Below, piece after piece: positions 58,245 to 59,815 of a stretch of DNA of 59,815 nt (position 1 is the stretch's first letter; the number at the start of each line of letters is the position of its first letter). The DNA comes from Holosporaceae bacterium (GTDB lineage: Bacteria; Pseudomonadota; Alphaproteobacteria; UBA3830). Where the stretch lies: assembly GCA_031276565.1 (NCBI GenBank), contig JAISMS010000060.1:1-59815 (forward strand), in the 5' to 3' direction. A program made the translations under genes and the position numbers. The notes beneath the pieces are model-generated. The model saw only the letters and a list, made by a program, of their open reading frames with translations, was not told the DNA's origin and did no database searches.

Positions 58245-58321
58245 GCGTCCTTAGCTCAGCCGGATAGAGCGTCGGCCTTCTAAGCCGAAAGTCGGGGGTT
58301 CGAATCCCTCAGGGCGCGCCA
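58245..58321 (+). tRNA. tRNA-Arg (anticodon UCU), CCA encoded
   Basis: I folded the cloverleaf by hand. The acceptor GCGTCCT pairs with AGGGCGC (one G-U). The D arm is GCTC/GAGC. The anticodon stem TCGGC/GCCGA has loop CTTCTAA. The T arm is GGGGG-TTCGAAT-CCCTC. The discriminator is G, followed by CCA. Confidence 0.9.
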
Positions 58322-59114
58322 GTGAAATTTCAAGGAAAATTGAAGATTCGAAAGTTTCAATAAAAAAGAAAAACTCAAAATTTGTCCCCATTCTGCCCCC
58401 ATTTTTTAATTTCGTTTCGGCGCACTTTTGTTTGTGCTGCACGCATGCGGACCGATTTTCGCAATCCGGCTCCGCACTGTGTCCGGGCGCACTATTTTTT
58501 GCATATTAGCCTTGATTTGTTTCGCAGTCATTCTATGACATCGTCTATCGGATACATCCGTTTATGAGGAGTTTGGGATAAGGCGAAAATTTTTATGTTT
58601 TCTTTTTTGCGGGGTCAAATATTTTACGAGTTTGTTTTTAACGGGGCGACGGTCGTCGAAATTTCCGATCGTTGTGCGGGTTTTATCAACCCATTGTTTT
58701 TATTTTAAAATACAAAACAACCTATGACTAAGATTATAATAACATTTAATAGCTTTATCATCGATTCAATTTATATGTCCGTGCATGCAAAAACACATCA
58801 ATCGACATCTCCGTTTACCAAAAAAACATTATATATTACATCAATTAAAAATCAAATTTTTACGAATATCCCCTGTAACTGCCGATTTAAAATCGGATTT
58901 AAAGCTCGGGCGCCGAATATATCGACCGCGTTGCAGAAATCATCGGAGTGACCGCGACTAATCTGTAAAACACGAGCTTTTTCGAAGGATCCGGCATGCA
59001 TCCGAGAAAAAGCCTTTTCCGATGACTTTCGGGGACAAGGATCCGAACGGTTTACAACGGTCGAAACACCGATCTTCTGAAATTTTTCTTCGTCGGATTC
59101 TTGTTATTACTGCG

Positions 59115-59528
59115 CTAAAACAAAGAAACCAATGACCGCTGCCGGCTTTCAACGGAGTATTCCGGAACGGCAACGGCGTTTCCGTTTTCGAGCCATTTCG
59201 CAACGAATCTGCGGTGGCAAATCTCTCCCGGTTTTTCATAGCATAGCAGAGCAATGCGTCGTTTGTCGCTCTTATGCAGCATTTCGATCAATTTCTCATA
59301 AACCTCTTTCGGAGACAATTTATCCAAAATTTCACTCTGATATTTCTCCATGGCTTTTTCGGGGGAAACCGCTCCGGATTTTGCTTCTCTCAGCAGTCGT
59401 TCGGTCGGATTCAAACATGTAAAATGCCCGTCAACTTGCGCCCACTGCGGAGTAAACAGAGAAATGCCGATTTTGAGCATATCTGCCGGCAATTGGGGAA
59501 TAAATGCGAAATATGACGTGCAGATCAT
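59115..59528 (-). CDS. DUF488-like small protein
   Basis: The pattern ...LNPTERLLREAKSG.VSPEKAMEKYQSEIL...RIALLCYEKPGEICHRRFVAKWLE resembles the DUF488 LLC.E....CHR signature. It lies in the AT-rich region downstream of the tRNA. Confidence 0.5.
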   Translation of the reverse strand: MICTSYFAFIPQLPADMLKIGISLFTPQWAQVDGHFTCLNPTERLLREAKSGAVSPEKAMEKYQSEILDKLSPKEVYEKLIEMLHKSDKRRIALLCYEKPGEICHRRFVAKWLENGNAVAVPEYSVESRQRSLVSLF

Positions 59529-59815
59529 AATACAATGGTCCCAAAAGAATTATTCCGAAGCTTTCCTTCGATTACATTGCTCCTGTTTCAGGCGGACAGT
59601 ATTTATATCCTGTCGGAACAAATTTGAAAATTCCGTTTCTGACTTGTAACATATTATCGCATCGCGGAATAAGTTTTTCAATGAAGCTTTCTTTCGGGGA
59701 TTGCTAATTTATTATAGTTTATGTTATAATAAACTTCCGTTATTCGGAGTATGTTTGATGTATTGCCCGAAATGTTCAAGTTCAGAGAATATCAGATCAG
59801 GTACGGCGACCTGTT

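Noticed and set aside
58322-58560. I considered an integrase remnant immediately 3' of tRNA-Arg.
   Set aside because: Only short ORFs are present, including one (58251..58442, minus) that reads antisense through the tRNA. No tyrosine-recombinase R..HxxR..Y motifs are visible in any frame.
59758-59815. A partial ORF, MYCPKCSSSENIRSGTATC..., could be the start of an IS1-type transposase.
   Set aside because: Only 19 codons are visible before the window ends and an alternative frame (ATG 59751) is also open. I mention it as a possibility but do not call it as a feature.

Overview
This 59.8-kb window looks like chromosomal DNA from a host-associated alphaproteobacterium. Supporting features are the a-c-b'-b order of the ATP synthase F0 genes, a CckA-type hybrid kinase, ThyX, tandem small outer-membrane barrel paralogues and TTAA-N7-TTAA boxes. 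Most of the window is tightly packed housekeeping operons, many joined by 4-nt ATGA start/stop overlaps. In order these are galU-ugd-envC-ctpA-yibQ-rppH, phaC, dsbD, mreBCD-mrdA-rodA, tsaC, the cckA-like kinase, ileS-lspA, an M16 homologue, pgi-dapF-rnhA, spoT, hinT, thyX-rpe, atpB-E-F'-F, mlaA, rpmH-rnpA-yidD, a dsbA-like gene, ychF, dnaK-dnaJ, a GT2 glycosyltransferase, tadA and tRNA-Arg(UCU). I see no CRISPR array, no recognisable defence or toxin-antitoxin system, and no intact mobile element. The non-routine content falls into six groups. (1) A divergent GT-C/STT3-like polytopic membrane protein lies back-to-back with a compact secretin plus two-prepilin cluster, and a 69-bp fragment of the same GT-C gene is copied downstream of the pilins. 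(2) Three unrelated genes (phaC, hinT and a His-Gly-Lys repeat protein) each carry degenerate tandem copies of their own 3' end. (3) A GC-rich nested tandem repeat is open in three frames. (4) Three candidate secreted or surface proteins are present: the HGK/poly-Glu protein, a BspA-type LRR protein and a 493-aa protein with a 153-bp internal duplication. (5) The dsbA-like gene appears to have lost its signal peptide through a frameshift in an A6 tract. (6) The spoT ORF runs about 380 bp antisense into the neighbouring gene. I do not see compelling evidence for a wholly new multi-gene system. The best candidate is the GT-C/pilus neighbourhood, and all family assignments rest on motif recognition by eye and need HMM or structure confirmation.
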